Shown piece after piece: positions 24,314 through 36,566 of a stretch of 64,000 nt of DNA. Made by a program: the position numbers and the translations under genes. The notes under the pieces were generated by a model. It ran no database searches and was not told the DNA's origin. It was given only the letters and a program-made list of their open reading frames with translations. The DNA is taken from NCBI GenBank assembly GCA_004764695.1, contig SMSO01000034.1, forward strand, positions 2,852,001 through 2,916,000, in the 5' to 3' direction. The stretch is from Schizochytrium sp. TIO01. Its lineage: Eukaryota; Protista; Bigyra: Labyrinthulomycetes. How positions within the stretch are numbered: the stretch's first letter is position 1; the number at the start of each line of letters is the position of its first letter.

Positions 24314-27300
24314 ATGATGGACTCTCCGGGCTCCGTGGGTGGGCCACCGAGTCCTGGCGGCGCTAGTCTTGGCGAGAACGAGTTTGACTTGAGGAGCGAA
24401 GTTATTGAGGCTTTGGATAGTGCAAAGACCGCAACGAAACCTGCAGATAAGCTGCAATTTCTCACAGAAGCTCGCGAAATTGTACTTCATCGTGATGATT
24501 CCATGGGTCTCCTGCGGTCCTTCGCGAGCACATTTGCTGAATTTCATTTGGAGAAAAAGGCTCAAGTGCGTCTATTTGTGATTAAGTTCATTGAGGATGC
24601 GTGTAAGGTTTGCGAGGATGTAATCCCGACTTTCATTAACACGCTGACATACCTTGTGCACGACAAGAACAGCAAGAACCAAATTAAGATCTGGGTCACT
24701 GTTATGAATGTCTTCCGTCCTGCGCTCGGACTTCTGTGTAAGGAATCCTTCTACTCCAACGATGCAAATATTCCAACCGCCAAAAGGCTTGCTGAAGACT
24801 TGCTTACGCTCAAAGACTCTGCTGTGAAAGTTTTTCAGGATCCAAAGACAAATGTTTTGCCCATTATTGATACTGTGAAGACAATTGCACTTTCATTTCT
24901 TTTGGCTGATTCTACAACCACTTTGATTCTTAGTCAAGAACGCCACCGTGGACCAAAAGAAGCACGTGCAGATACTGGTCCCGATGCATTCTCTCTAGGG
25001 GATGTTCCACGTGATCACCCGGTGCTGTCGGTGGTGGAGCTCGAGCGCATAGGCACAGAACTTGTTGATGAGATCTGTAAGTCACTGAGGGGCATTGGTG
25101 AAAAGGGTAACGACCTGGGTCCAGATGACGCACGTCGCTGTGTACCACTCATTAATGCTGTCCAGATTCTTGTGCTTCATCGCGCGTCCGTACGGGAGCG
25201 GACCATAGAAGAGCTGCTGAATGGAGCCGACCTTATGCGAATGGATGAAGGCACAGATGATAGTGTATCACCTCACAAACTCCGTTATGTGCAAAACTTG
25301 CGCACGATTTTACTGGAGTTTCTTAAAGATCGTTGGCGTGACCTCCTTAAGGAATGGCGTCAACGTGTTCACGAAGCCTTGTGTTTGATTGGTGCTAAAG
25401 CCCAAGCTGATCAGGCTCTCGCATTGCTTGACTCGCGCGATGCCCGAATCAAAAAGCGTTTACAACGTGAGGCTGAAATCGAGGCTCGAAAACGTCAGAA
25501 ACGTGAAGACGAGGAGGAGCGTGAACGTCGTCGCACGCAGGAAATGGTCGAGGCTCTTGATACGCAAGAGTTGCGACAGCTTGGTTACCCCCCACAGCGA
25601 AACACTTTGTCATGGGACTATATTTCATCATTACATAACTTGGATGCAAAGGATGCAGCTGCGCTTGTTGTGATGAACATGGATCATTTGCCTGGTCCGC
25701 CCCCTAAGTCAAGCGTAAGGAAGTCTGAATCTGATGCTATTCGTACGTTTGCTAAATTTGAGTCATACATTGATCGGGCTGTAGCTGCTTCAGAAGATGG
25801 ACGCCACGGGCATGGGGGTGTAACCCACCTTAAGGGCGAAAAAACTGCGGCAGCAGTTGCTAGCATGATTACTCCTGTGCAGACTCTTGAGCCGCGGCGT
25901 TTGGCATTTCAACGTATGCTAGCACAACACAAGCAACATGTACCGGTTTCCTCTCTTGCCTTGTTTTCAGCTGATCAAGGCCCTAGCTTTCCGTCTTATG
26001 GTGATGTCCTGATTGCACGTGTTGCGTGCAATTTTGTAAAGCGAAACGAATCTGAGGCCAAAATGGACTTGCGCCCAGACCTCGTTTCATTCATTGCTGA
26101 AGATTTACCAACTCGATTTGGACTTGCACTCACTACTCTGGTGCATTGTTACACGTATGATAAGTCATCTCGTTTGGGTAAAAGTGCTGCCACTGGAGCT
26201 GTAGGAGCTATTTCAGCTACTGGGGAAAAACCCGTGACTGCATTCCTTGAGTATGATGACATTTTTTACTTGATGCTCGAGGCTATTGTGAAAGAAGGTC
26301 TTCTCCCATCACAACAAAACACCGCGCGAGACAAAAGTCTGACCAAACTCTTTATCAACGCTCCACGGCTCCCCGCGGGAGTTTTGGCACTTCTCTCTCA
26401 GTTTTGTGAATCTGACAAGCACGGTCTTGGTTTGCATGCATTGCGTCGTTTGGCCTTAAGTCGGTACGCCGTGCAAAAAGAGTGCCTTCGTCTTCTTGTT
26501 TACTATGCAGTGTGTTCTTCAACAGATCGCGTGAGCAAGCGCTCGATTCGAATTATTGCTAAAGATTATGCTCGTTTTAACGAGGCAGCACATCATTTGA
26601 TTGATGAATTTGCCTTAGGTATGCTGCGCAGTGTACTTTCTGAAGACGCTGCACCGGATAAAGAGGTCGCAGCAAAAATTGATCTGCTCAAAAAGGATCT
26701 CTTGGAGGCCCGGCCTGAGGGTTCTTTGTGTCACAATCTTTTGAGTGGAAAAACCGGTCTTGGTGAAGAGGATGAATCTGCTAAGCCTTCTGCTATTGTC
26801 AATGAAGGCATGGATGTGGATGAGATCGCTCGGACGTCTTTTCGCAATGCAGATGAAGATGTCGGCTTTGATGATGAGCGTGAAGATCAGGATGCCGCAG
26901 AAGCTGAGGCTGCAGAGCTGGAAGAGCAGGAAACAAATCTCGAATTCGAGAAGGAAAAAGGAATAACGTCAGGCTTAAGTCAGGAACAAGTTTCCGACAA
27001 GGATCAGGAGCGTGACATTTTACGACGAATCTCACTTTTAGTGGCTCTGTCACGACGAAAGACATCTCTTTTGCGCGAATACGCCAAAACTTATGCATTG
27101 TTGGAGGAAGAAAGCCTGAGCCGCACCGTGCTAGATAATGCTGTAGTTGAGCTAATGCCGACATTGGCTCGCGAGATTGGCCCCGCACAAACGTTCGCGC
27201 TTTTGCAAGACTATCCATCTGGTGCAAGTTCTTTCATGGTTCATGTGCTTCGGCTCTTGGCGCAGGAGTCGGTCTCTGATTCTCGCGAGAAGCGTATGGA

Positions 27301-28186
27301 GCTTGTAGCTCAGGCAAAAGCAACTACGGATGAGGCCGGTGCGGCACTCTTTGACCAGGACGACACTTATGTCATTCCCGTACTTGGCTCGTTGCCACGT
27401 TCGGAGATGCGAAGATACCTCCAGGGTATTTTGCAGCTCGATGACAATGCGGCCTTGGAAGCTGCAATTGATAGTATCATTGCTGGTGCACGTTTTGCTA
27501 CAGATCAAGTTGGCCAAGATGGTGATGTAGATCATCATGTGGATGAAGATGACAAGGAGCACCAGCCCCTGTTACCTGACGAGCTTCTAGTGGAGTTTGT
27601 TAACACTCCAGTTTCAGAAGATATATCCATGCAGACTCTGAAGAACGCGACAGAAATGTGTTTCGCACGAAAAGAGTTCTTCACTCGCGACGTATTGGAG
27701 ACGGTCATTCGCGAGTTGCTCTTGCAGAGCGAGGATAACAAACTGCCGTTGCTATTTATGCGTATTATGATTCGCAGCATTGAGGAGCAGCCGACGATTA
27801 AACAGTTCATTGCTGAAGTTCTATCAGAGTTGGTTGAGCAAGAGCTGTGGGCATGGAATGATAATGCCTCTTGGCAGGGTTTTGTACTCTGTGCAGTCAA
27901 ACTTGCTACTCTGGCGTATCCCATTTTGTTTCGTTTGCCGACTGAGCAGCTTGAAGACGTGATCAAGATCACCAGGAAACGTGATCCCAAGGATAAACTT
28001 GTGGCTCGTCTTGTTTACTATGCGCGTCGTAACCAACAAACCTTATCATTATCCCCGGGAACGACAGAAATGTTGGAGAAATACACATCGGGTGGCACAT
28101 CTTCAGGTTCTTCTTCAACCCCGCAGCTTCAAAGGTCAGGATCAGGAGCGTCTATGGCCTCTAACAACAGAGGTTCCCAGCAATGA
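24314..28186 (+). CDS. SYMPK: Symplekin (Pta1), scaffold of the cleavage/polyadenylation complex
   Basis: N-terminal HEAT-like region (VRLFVIKFIEDACK; FSL.DVP.DHPVL), central LV..NMDHLP, and C-terminal Symplekin_C-like LPLLFMR..I.......IKQFI..VL..LV....W......WQGF..C...LP.EQL. Confidence 0.88.
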   Translation: MMDSPGSVGGPPSPGGASLGENEFDLRSEVIEALDSAKTATKPADKLQFLTEAREIVLHRDDSMGLLRSFASTFAEFHLEKKAQVRLFVIKFIEDACKVCEDVIPTFINTLTYLVHDKNSKNQIKIWVTVMNVFRPALGLLCKESFYSNDANIPTAKRLAEDLLTLKDSAVKVFQDPKTNVLPIIDTVKTIALSFLLADSTTTLILSQERHRGPKEARADTGPDAFSLGDVPRDHPVLSVVELERIGTELVDEICKSLRGIGEKGNDLGPDDARRCVPLINAVQILVLHRASVRERTIEELLNGADLMRMDEGTDDSVSPHKLRYVQNLRTILLEFLKDRWRDLLKEWRQRVHEALCLIGAKAQADQALALLDSRDARIKKRLQREAEIEARKRQKREDEEERERRRTQEMVEALDTQELRQLGYPPQRNTLSWDYISSLHNLDAKDAAALVVMNMDHLPGPPPKSSVRKSESDAIRTFAKFESYIDRAVAASEDGRHGHGGVTHLKGEKTAAAVASMITPVQTLEPRRLAFQRMLAQHKQHVPVSSLALFSADQGPSFPSYGDVLIARVACNFVKRNESEAKMDLRPDLVSFIAEDLPTRFGLALTTLVHCYTYDKSSRLGKSAATGAVGAISATGEKPVTAFLEYDDIFYLMLEAIVKEGLLPSQQNTARDKSLTKLFINAPRLPAGVLALLSQFCESDKHGLGLHALRRLALSRYAVQKECLRLLVYYAVCSSTDRVSKRSIRIIAKDYARFNEAAHHLIDEFALGMLRSVLSEDAAPDKEVAAKIDLLKKDLLEARPEGSLCHNLLSGKTGLGEEDESAKPSAIVNEGMDVDEIARTSFRNADEDVGFDDEREDQDAAEAEAAELEEQETNLEFEKEKGITSGLSQEQVSDKDQERDILRRISLLVALSRRKTSLLREYAKTYALLEEESLSRTVLDNAVVELMPTLAREIGPAQTFALLQDYPSGASSFMVHVLRLLAQESVSDSREKRMELVAQAKATTDEAGAALFDQDDTYVIPVLGSLPRSEMRRYLQGILQLDDNAALEAAIDSIIAGARFATDQVGQDGDVDHHVDEDDKEHQPLLPDELLVEFVNTPVSEDISMQTLKNATEMCFARKEFFTRDVLETVIRELLLQSEDNKLPLLFMRIMIRSIEEQPTIKQFIAEVLSELVEQELWAWNDNASWQGFVLCAVKLATLAYPILFRLPTEQLEDVIKITRKRDPKDKLVARLVYYARRNQQTLSLSPGTTEMLEKYTSGGTSSGSSSTPQLQRSGSGASMASNNRGSQQ

Positions 28187-28839
28187 GAAAGGAATGACGA
28201 GATCCGTACTCCAAGAGCTGCGATTGCATTGCATTGAGTGGTAAGCTCTTATACGTAAAATTCTAATATTATAGAGAACTAAATATAAAGAAATAATCAG
28301 CATTTGGGATTATACGAAACCCCTATCTGTTGTTTTGTTAGTCTAAACACCATCGATTTTGTCACGATGTATACATCTTGGCAATTTAAATAGAGCCTAT
28401 GTTGGCGGGTTGATTCATCGACGTGAGAAACAATGATCCCAAAAAGTTTGTGAATGCTTTAATGAATGAAAAGTTCAGTATAATCGTATAAATGAACTAG
28501 AAGCTACGAGTAGCAAAAAGAATAGAGTACACCAGCGAACAGTAGTCGAATGGAGGTTGGCTTTCACCAAAGCTTAGCTTCCTCAAAAGATCTCTTACAC
28601 GATAGTAGAGATGATTCTAACTTGGCAGCTTCGATCACTATGTGATGGGAGATTTTTCTAAAAGCAAAAGAGAAGAACAAAGTAGGGTGGCATTTCAACT
28701 CTAGAACAGAGCTTAAGCAAAACCTAGCGAAAACAAAAGATTGAGCCCAGGAAACAAATCATGTGAGGTTATATGCAGCAAAATCTTATGGTCATCTTTT
28801 GGTAGGTTAGTGTAGCGATTCTAAGTTTGGATTGCTAAT

Positions 28840-29343
28840 TTAGGAGTCGCCAAACCATTCAAGACAAGTGATTGATGCTTTAAAATCCCCGGTGGATGCC
28901 ATACGCTCACACAAATAGCCTTCGTCGCCAGGAAACTCTCTGTAACAATAGTTTGGTTCATACAGGCCATAGTTGATGCCTGCTTCGATAAGTTGAAAGG
29001 TTCCCACCTTACAGTTATCCATAGAACGGCACGAGTAGTGGTCCTCGTTCATGCGCTTCATTCTTCTACGAATCCACATCATCGTTTTGGTACGTGCCTT
29101 TTCTTTCCTTGCCAGAGACATAGTGCTTGAAAGCTTCGTGGCAAGATTGTCGAGTTTGGATGTAAATTTCTTTTTGTTCCGAACACAGATTAATTCGTCG
29201 ATGTTGCTGCATCCATCAACCACGTACTGCGACAGAGTTTTTGGTATACATTCGTAAACCTTATCGTCGGTGGCAGTGCCAGATGTGATGATCGCTGCCA
29301 AGCATACCAACAAGATCGTTAGATGTGCCAGCTTGAATGCCAT
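28840..29343 (-). CDS. Small secreted Cys-containing protein, unknown function
   Basis: Signal-peptide-like MAFKLAHLTILLVCLAAIITSGTA and 8 Cys in the mature part. TATA-like motif upstream (CCTATATA on the plus strand near 29532). Confidence 0.7.
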   Translation of the reverse strand: MAFKLAHLTILLVCLAAIITSGTATDDKVYECIPKTLSQYVVDGCSNIDELICVRNKKKFTSKLDNLATKLSSTMSLARKEKARTKTMMWIRRRMKRMNEDHYSCRSMDNCKVGTFQLIEAGINYGLYEPNYCYREFPGDEGYLCERMASTGDFKASITCLEWFGDS

Positions 29344-32300
29344 CCTCCTTTATGATGGTCTTCGCGCGGCAACTGATCAACAACAAAACCCGCTGCAGGA
29401 ACTGCTTCTTTTACCAGCAACAACAATCAACCTCTGGAACGTATCTCGAATTGGGCGCCCACGAGTGAGCAAATCTTTTGCCAGCTTACTTCAAAGTTAG
29501 GCAACAACAACCCTGCGCTGTTGTTGGTGCACCTATATAGGAAGGGGCTACTCAAGGGTTCTGGTGATATGGTTTTGCTGGTGACATAACAGGCAGTACA
29601 TTTTTTAATTTCTAATTTTATTCACTTAAAATTTAATACTAGTATTTCCTCCAACCTTAAAGAAGAAAAAAAGAAAAGAAAAAACGTCTTACTACTTATA
29701 TGGCTAGTAGTACCTACCTACTTGTTTCTTCATTTCTCTCGCCTGAAGAAAGAAAGGGAAATTTAAATTAAAAAAAAGTGCGAAGCGCAGTGGATACTGG
29801 AAAAGAAAACTGGAGAATTAATTGTCTGATGAAAGCACTCTGTTTATTCGTCCATTGCACACTCTGCCACTTCTGCGACTGTGCAACGCCGTGGCAGTGC
29901 GTGCGAACACCAAAGGACCTCAGACTTTCAGAGCCAAAACAGGCCCTGAGGCCGTCCTTGTCTAGATCACGATGATGACATGTGTCGATACCATGCAAGT
30001 CCATGCAGCGTCCGAATTACAGAACTGTGTTTTCATGATCTTTCTCAAACAGATCAGACAACAAAAACCGCGACGGGTAAAAGGGTGGCATAACTCAGAC
30101 CAAAGACGAACTGCACCTCAGCTAATTAACAGCCCCAGAAAGGCTCTCGCCTATGGTTAGTAAAGGGAGAAGGACCTGGAGTCTCTGCGCAAACAAAGCA
30201 AAATGCGCAGAACAGTAGGCACGGGAAGCAGTAGGTGCACGTGAAGGAGGGCGCTAGTTCCCCGACGTCTGCTGTGCTTGGCCTTCTTTTTTTTGGCCCT
30301 CTTTCTTTTGTTTCTCTCCGCAAAATGGGAAAATGCTCATTGAATTAGGCACAGTTCATAGTTCTCTTCTCAAGTTTTCCCTTTTTGCCAAAATTTAAAG
30401 AAAGAGAGAAAAAAGAAAAGAAAAGAAAGTGCGGAAATGTGCGAAGCAAGAAGTAATGGAGTACCTGCGAGAATGGATATTCAACAATAAAACTTCGTGG
30501 GTCCTAAGACATTCTGCACGCAGAGGCGTTTGCTTTCGACTGGTAGGACCAGCTCGATTAGCGAGTGCCCAGGAAAGAAATACACTTCAACTGAGACGCG
30601 TGCGTCTAAAAAGGGCAAAATATAGAAAGGAGAAAGGACTCCACGTTGGGCTCAACACATTCGATTAAAATATTTCCTATTTTTGCGAAATAGGAAATAA
30701 AAGTTTAAAAGTGCCACACACGTAAAACGAAAATAAATGGCGTGCGCGAGACCCTCGCGGTATAGGAAAGAGGTCCTGAGGGAGAAAGCCTGAGATTATC
30801 GTCGCGCGCGAGAGCTTACGTACATGTAGATAGAATATACTGGTTGTAGAGAACATATGGGGCCCTCATGCTTGAAGCAATTCCTTTGTTGGATCTGAGC
30901 GAGGATGTGTTCGGCCCAAGCTGATGCACATGTACCATTGGAACAGTCTTTTAGGGCCCTCTTTCATTTACTCCTTTCTTCCTCTTTCTTCTAAAAAAAT
31001 ACTTTTAAAAGTTTGATGCTCTGGTTTGATTTTATTTGATTTTTCGGGGACTTGACCGTCTTGTGCAGCGGCGCGTGGATGCACGGACAGCGCCTCTCGG
31101 GACCTCATGTCCATCCCAATCGTTTGCTGTCTACTACGATTGCTGGAGATTCTGTGTCGCAATTACCTTACTTTTCTTCAATATGTTAGGTATGGCCAGA
31201 AGTATAGACAGGCACAGGAAGTACAACTTGAAGCCAAATCAGCTTGCTTTCTGTTCCTTGCTTCCCTAATTCGCGCGGAATGTGCTCTCCTGCAATTGTT
31301 TATTTGAGCATAGTGACAAAGAAATAACACCATGGCATTTACATCTCATTTCCATATGATTAAACACCCAGAAGTTCCCAAGCAGATAATATGGATAATC
31401 TCGCAAGTTGGACTCATTACTAAAAGAAACTGCGTACAATATGTCAGTTATCCCAGAACACCCAGAACACAGTGCTACATAGATGAATGGATACATGAAA
31501 TCCTTAGGAAGCGCAGCACATTCGTTCTATCATGTATGACATTGTTGTTCTAAATGCAACGCACTCTTGAAGTTGACTATCCGCGACTATTAGCTCCCAA
31601 AGAAACAATCCAGGACAAGGTAAATACAGATCTTGGTTTAGATTTTGCCGGGCAATCAAGCTATTCCTAACCCATGCATTTGTACACATGTTGGCTTTCG
31701 CTTAATCTGGAGCTGTGCAATTGCTCATCGATTTTTTTTTTTTTTCTGATGCAGCAATTAGTACATGACTTAGAAAACACAGATACTAGATGAAGATGTA
31801 AAGATCATGTATTTGGAAGCCAACGAAGAAATTGGATAACAAGTATCAATATCGTTACCAGCTGCATATGAATATATATAGCTTTCCGACTATAAATATT
31901 GCTAAGCCTGTAACGATCCCATAATTCGATATAGGCTAGGCACAAAATGTCTTCCCGTATTCCCCCCCATTCTTTCTGAAGTTATGGGGGCAGAAATAAA
32001 CCATTCATGGTTTTCTCGAGTTCAACCTGTGATGATTTCTGCCGACTAGAAACGAGCTCTTCTTTCAAAGCCTAGTGTTCCCGATCTTTTACTCAAGCCG
32101 CACCATATGAAAACATTTACCACGCTTGGGTAGCCTTTTGAAAAAAATTATCTGCGCTGACAATTCGCCAAAAAGCTGGAAAGCCGTTGGGAGGTTGGAA
32201 GGGAAATGGAGGGAAAATAAAACTCATTGACAGAATGATTTCCTCCTCCTTAAAATGAAACAAAGGAAAGAAAGAGTGTGAAGGGATATTCACTATTATA

Positions 32301-33933
32301 CCACGCCATTCGGGAAGGGCATTCTGCGTTCCCACTAGTACATTCTTTGAGAACTGCGAATGCCTATATTTTTCTGATGCCGAGATAGATTGCCTTGCAC
32401 TCATGTGGTGTGCTTACTAAGCTCTTTAGTTGTTCTCGCACCATCTACCGCAGAAACGGAAAGAAAATACTGAACCTGTGCATGCACAAAATAGCATGAG
32501 ATCAACTCAGCGAGGCATGAAGAAGTGGACTGTAGAGAGATATAATGACGACAACAAAGAAGAAAGGCATTAGCTTCCTTTAGAATTTTATTTTAAAAAA
32601 TCAAAGTAATAAAAAGAAAAAGAAAAAAACAGAGATAAGACAAATATTGTACAGAAAGTTGCTACACCACCAAGAAAAAGAGCAACGAAAGTTTATTTGG
32701 TTGCTTAGAGTCCGTTATTGAATGGGAATATTCTTGATATAAAGTATTACTTGATCTATGTTTTTAATTATAGGATACTGAGAATGATGTGCAATAGAGA
32801 TACTGGTTTCCACAACAGGGTTTCAATAAGTTTGATATAATTATCAATTGAAACCGACACCATCACATTCATGGCGATTTGAATAGAGTGAACTAAAGGG
32901 CCAGCGATACTTTGTTAGTTCTCACGCATGGGACTATATAGTGCAACTGTTTTAATGAAAATGAACTTCCTTAAACTAGAAAAGTCTCCCCTAATTGCGT
33001 TCTGTACCTTCGTGATCGTTTGAGAACAGGACCTTATATCTAGATCAGTAAAACTAAGTGTCCCTAAATTCATGGCTAGATGCTCTAGATTTACATTTCA
33101 CTCCCACGGTGTGTTTGACTTGAAGAATTCATAAACTTGTCACCGAAAACCATGACATGAAATTCTGTTCAGATGCATAACGAGAAATACAAGTCAAGCC
33201 TTGCTAGACACAGACACACGCATGCTCGCTGAACTGATCTCTCAAGTGCTTGGCTCCTTCTATGCTTGATTTCTGTACCATCTGTGTTCATATTTATCTG
33301 CTTGACTATCTCTGTAGCACTTGCTTGTCAACCCGATCATTAAAAAGAATGCATTTTCAGTGCAATCGTGTAGACGAATTACAGTCCATAGAGTTCTAAC
33401 ACCTCTTTAAATTCACAACATGATCAGATCCATCACAATACGCACCTCTCTTCGTGGGATTTGTTCAAGAACCGTCCAGGGTTTGAAAGTCAGGACCTGG
33501 TAGCCCGCAGCCTCTTACCGTATATATATACGTAGAATATTAGTAGATACTATATACTTACTATTAGTAGGTAGGGTGCTGTTCTAGTTCTTCAAGTTTT
33601 TAATCTTCTCTCCTCTCAATCGATACAACAAACCCCTTCATTCGATCCTTGGGACTTGCCTGGGAATCCCAAAGAAGGAGAAGCCCTGGACGCTGTGCGC
33701 AAGCTGTACGGGACATCCGCGTCGAGGACACGTGCGCGCCACGTGAATTCAGTAGCGTACCCGCACCGTACACGCCACTTTCCCGCACGCTGGGAAGAAA
33801 TCATCACGTACATTAGATACTGCTTGGGATATTTGTATTTCGGGCCGTCGTCACGTTTGTGGCCTACTCTTTCAACCTAGACATCGTTGATAACGACAAC
33901 TAGAAGCGAAGACCTCCCATCCTCTGAACAACA

Positions 33934-35721
33934 ATGCATGGTCTTTGGGCACTCGCGGTTACGGCTGCGCTTTTGTTCACCGCACCTACAACTGTCGTTG
34001 CAGCGGGCACTGCTTCGACTACCTCAGAGGTGCCGAGCCGCTTTGCGGTTGTACGCAAGACATCCAAAGCATCTAGAGGCGTCCTGAATGGCGAAGCTTT
34101 CAGTGTAGACCTTGATGTAGCAAGCGTAGATGGCGTCGCATGGGGAAGTTTTGACGATGGTCTCAACATGACCGGTTGGGGTGTGCTCAAGATCCACACG
34201 AACTCTTCGTTCTCTGATGAAGAGCAAGCATACGCTGCTGGTGTCTTGGAAGGTTATCTGACTGCTGAGCACATTTACACCACCTCGCGTGATGTTGTGC
34301 AGGCGATCTTTAATGCCGATCAAATGCCCGAAAAGGTTAGTGAGTTTATGAAGAAACAGGAGTCATGGACTCGGGACTCCATCAAGAAGAACAAGGCACA
34401 TGACTCCCTTTGGCGTCATGTAGGCTTTGTCATGGCTCAATACGATGGCCTTCAAGCTGGATACGCAAAACGTGCTTCAAAGGATGTACCTAAGCTCGAG
34501 AGTTGGAACTTTGCAATGCTCAATGGTGTAGGCGACCTGATTGATCTTAAGCAAGCTTTGAACTCCACTAAGCGCCATGGAACTGACTTCCACAAGATGA
34601 AGCGTCGTGATGCCGAGCTGTTGCATGCGCGGTCCACTCACTGCTCAGCTCTGGTCAAGGTCACAGCCGACTTTAGTGATATCCTCATGGGTCACAGCTC
34701 TTGGTATGTGTTCGCCAACACAAACAGAATTTTCAAGCATTATTACTTTGACTTTAATGACGAGTCGACATCAGCCAAGGGTATCTCCTTCTCCTCGTAC
34801 CCTGGCTTTCTAGAGTCATTAGATGACTTTTACATGCTCTCTAATGGTATTGCATGGACGCAAACTACCAACGGCATCCTAAACTTTGATGTATACGACC
34901 TTCTGCGGCCGGACACCCTTTTGGCTTGGCAGCGTGTTCGTGCTGCTAGTGCCATTGCATCCTCAGGTCCCGAGTGGTTCAAGGCTTTCCGTCAGCATGC
35001 GAGTGGCACCTACGCTAACCAATACATGATTGTTGACTTCAACAAGTTTGAGCCCCTTCAGCCGCTCAAAAACGACACCCTTTGGGTCATTGAAGAAATG
35101 CCTGGAGTTGTGATTGGCCGTGACCAGACAGAGGTCTTGCGCCGGGGATACTGGCCTAGCTACAACGTTCCGTTCTACCCTGAAATCTACGCCAAGAGTG
35201 GCTATGCTTCTGTTGCGGCTAAGCAAGGGCCTTATTTTACCTATGAGCTTGCTCCCCGCGCAAAGATCTTCCGTCGTGATCACAACAATGTGCACGATCT
35301 CGCATCCTTGAAGGAGATTCTCCGAAGCAACGACTACCTCCACGACCCATTCTCCCTTGATGCAGGCAAGCCAAACCCCATGTACACAATTTGCAGTCGC
35401 GGCGATCTCATGTCTGACAAGCCTATTCCTGATGGATGCTACGACACCAAGGTCACCAGCTACAAGAGTGGCGTCATGGACCGTAAGGCACACATTATCA
35501 ACGGAATGACACGCGGTAAGAATGGCAACTCTCTGCCTGCTTTTGAATGGTCTCAGTTTCCTGAGCTTCGCCACGAGGGTCTGCCAGCTCGGTATGACTT
35601 CGAGTTCATGGAGACCAGCCCAGAATTAAAGATGCCCAAGAAGAACGAAGTTACGGAGCAGATCTCGACTACTTCGCTCTTACGTCAGCAAGAGCCTCAG
35701 CAAGCCATGAAGCTGCGTTAG
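33934..35721 (+). CDS. Phospholipase B-like (PLBD family, Ntn-hydrolase), secreted/lysosomal
   Basis: Signal peptide; TGWGVLKI, AYAAG.LEGYLT, nucleophile HCSALVKV, FSSYPGFLESLDDFY, SGTYANQYM, YWPSYNVPFY, PRAKIFRRD, RGDL, DTKVT. Confidence 0.95.
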   Translation: MHGLWALAVTAALLFTAPTTVVAAGTASTTSEVPSRFAVVRKTSKASRGVLNGEAFSVDLDVASVDGVAWGSFDDGLNMTGWGVLKIHTNSSFSDEEQAYAAGVLEGYLTAEHIYTTSRDVVQAIFNADQMPEKVSEFMKKQESWTRDSIKKNKAHDSLWRHVGFVMAQYDGLQAGYAKRASKDVPKLESWNFAMLNGVGDLIDLKQALNSTKRHGTDFHKMKRRDAELLHARSTHCSALVKVTADFSDILMGHSSWYVFANTNRIFKHYYFDFNDESTSAKGISFSSYPGFLESLDDFYMLSNGIAWTQTTNGILNFDVYDLLRPDTLLAWQRVRAASAIASSGPEWFKAFRQHASGTYANQYMIVDFNKFEPLQPLKNDTLWVIEEMPGVVIGRDQTEVLRRGYWPSYNVPFYPEIYAKSGYASVAAKQGPYFTYELAPRAKIFRRDHNNVHDLASLKEILRSNDYLHDPFSLDAGKPNPMYTICSRGDLMSDKPIPDGCYDTKVTSYKSGVMDRKAHIINGMTRGKNGNSLPAFEWSQFPELRHEGLPARYDFEFMETSPELKMPKKNEVTEQISTTSLLRQQEPQQAMKLR

Positions 35722-36566
35722 TATTTTCAATCTTTTTATCTTTTGTAAATTGCAAAAAGATCTATTTTTGATTTTGTGCATTATTTGGCCTATGAGTCAG
35801 TCGATGAAAGTATTCTGAATCCAGATGTGTCTTCAGAGCATCTGGTCCACATATTTTCTTGGTTTTTTATGCATCAAAGCGGCATGTCATAGGAATTGTG
35901 AACTTGCAAGAACCCAAGGAGAGAATACCAAGAGGAAAATATAATTAAAAGACAGATGTGAAAAATCATTTTGTTAATTTCGCGGGTTGTTACGAGTTAA
36001 AAGCCGCCCTGATCGATTCTTTTTATAAGGATATTATTCTGATTTGGAATGACACAATAAACTTGAAGTTGTATGAACGCCAATAACCGATCAATGGTCT
36101 GTCAATTCGGTCCTGAATAAACTTCAAATTGTAGGTGACATCTTCTTCACGGAAATAACTTTAGCTGCATGTGTGAACACAGAGCCTTGGATTGATGAGA
36201 CAATGCATTCCTTCTTCTTGTGAATTAAAATAGAATGTATCGCTGCATCGAAAATAAAAATGATGAATCGCGGGTTGTTTCTTTTAAGGCTCGCCGCCCA
36301 GACCGATCTCTCACACAAGTGCGGGGATTGCTACCTCGACACGTTGTATTGCACATCGTATTGTCACGAATGAATTCTGTTTGCCCTGTCTAGGGTTCCA
36401 AGACGAGGACTAAATTCAAGGAAAGTGGGGAAACACTAATTGATCTTCTCATTCAACAGAAAATACTGCGACTCCCAAGCGCCAGGTGTCAGTCGCAATT
36501 GAGGTACTCTGCTGAAGAAACGATAGACCTGTATGTGATGGTATGTATATTTCACATACAGCTTGT

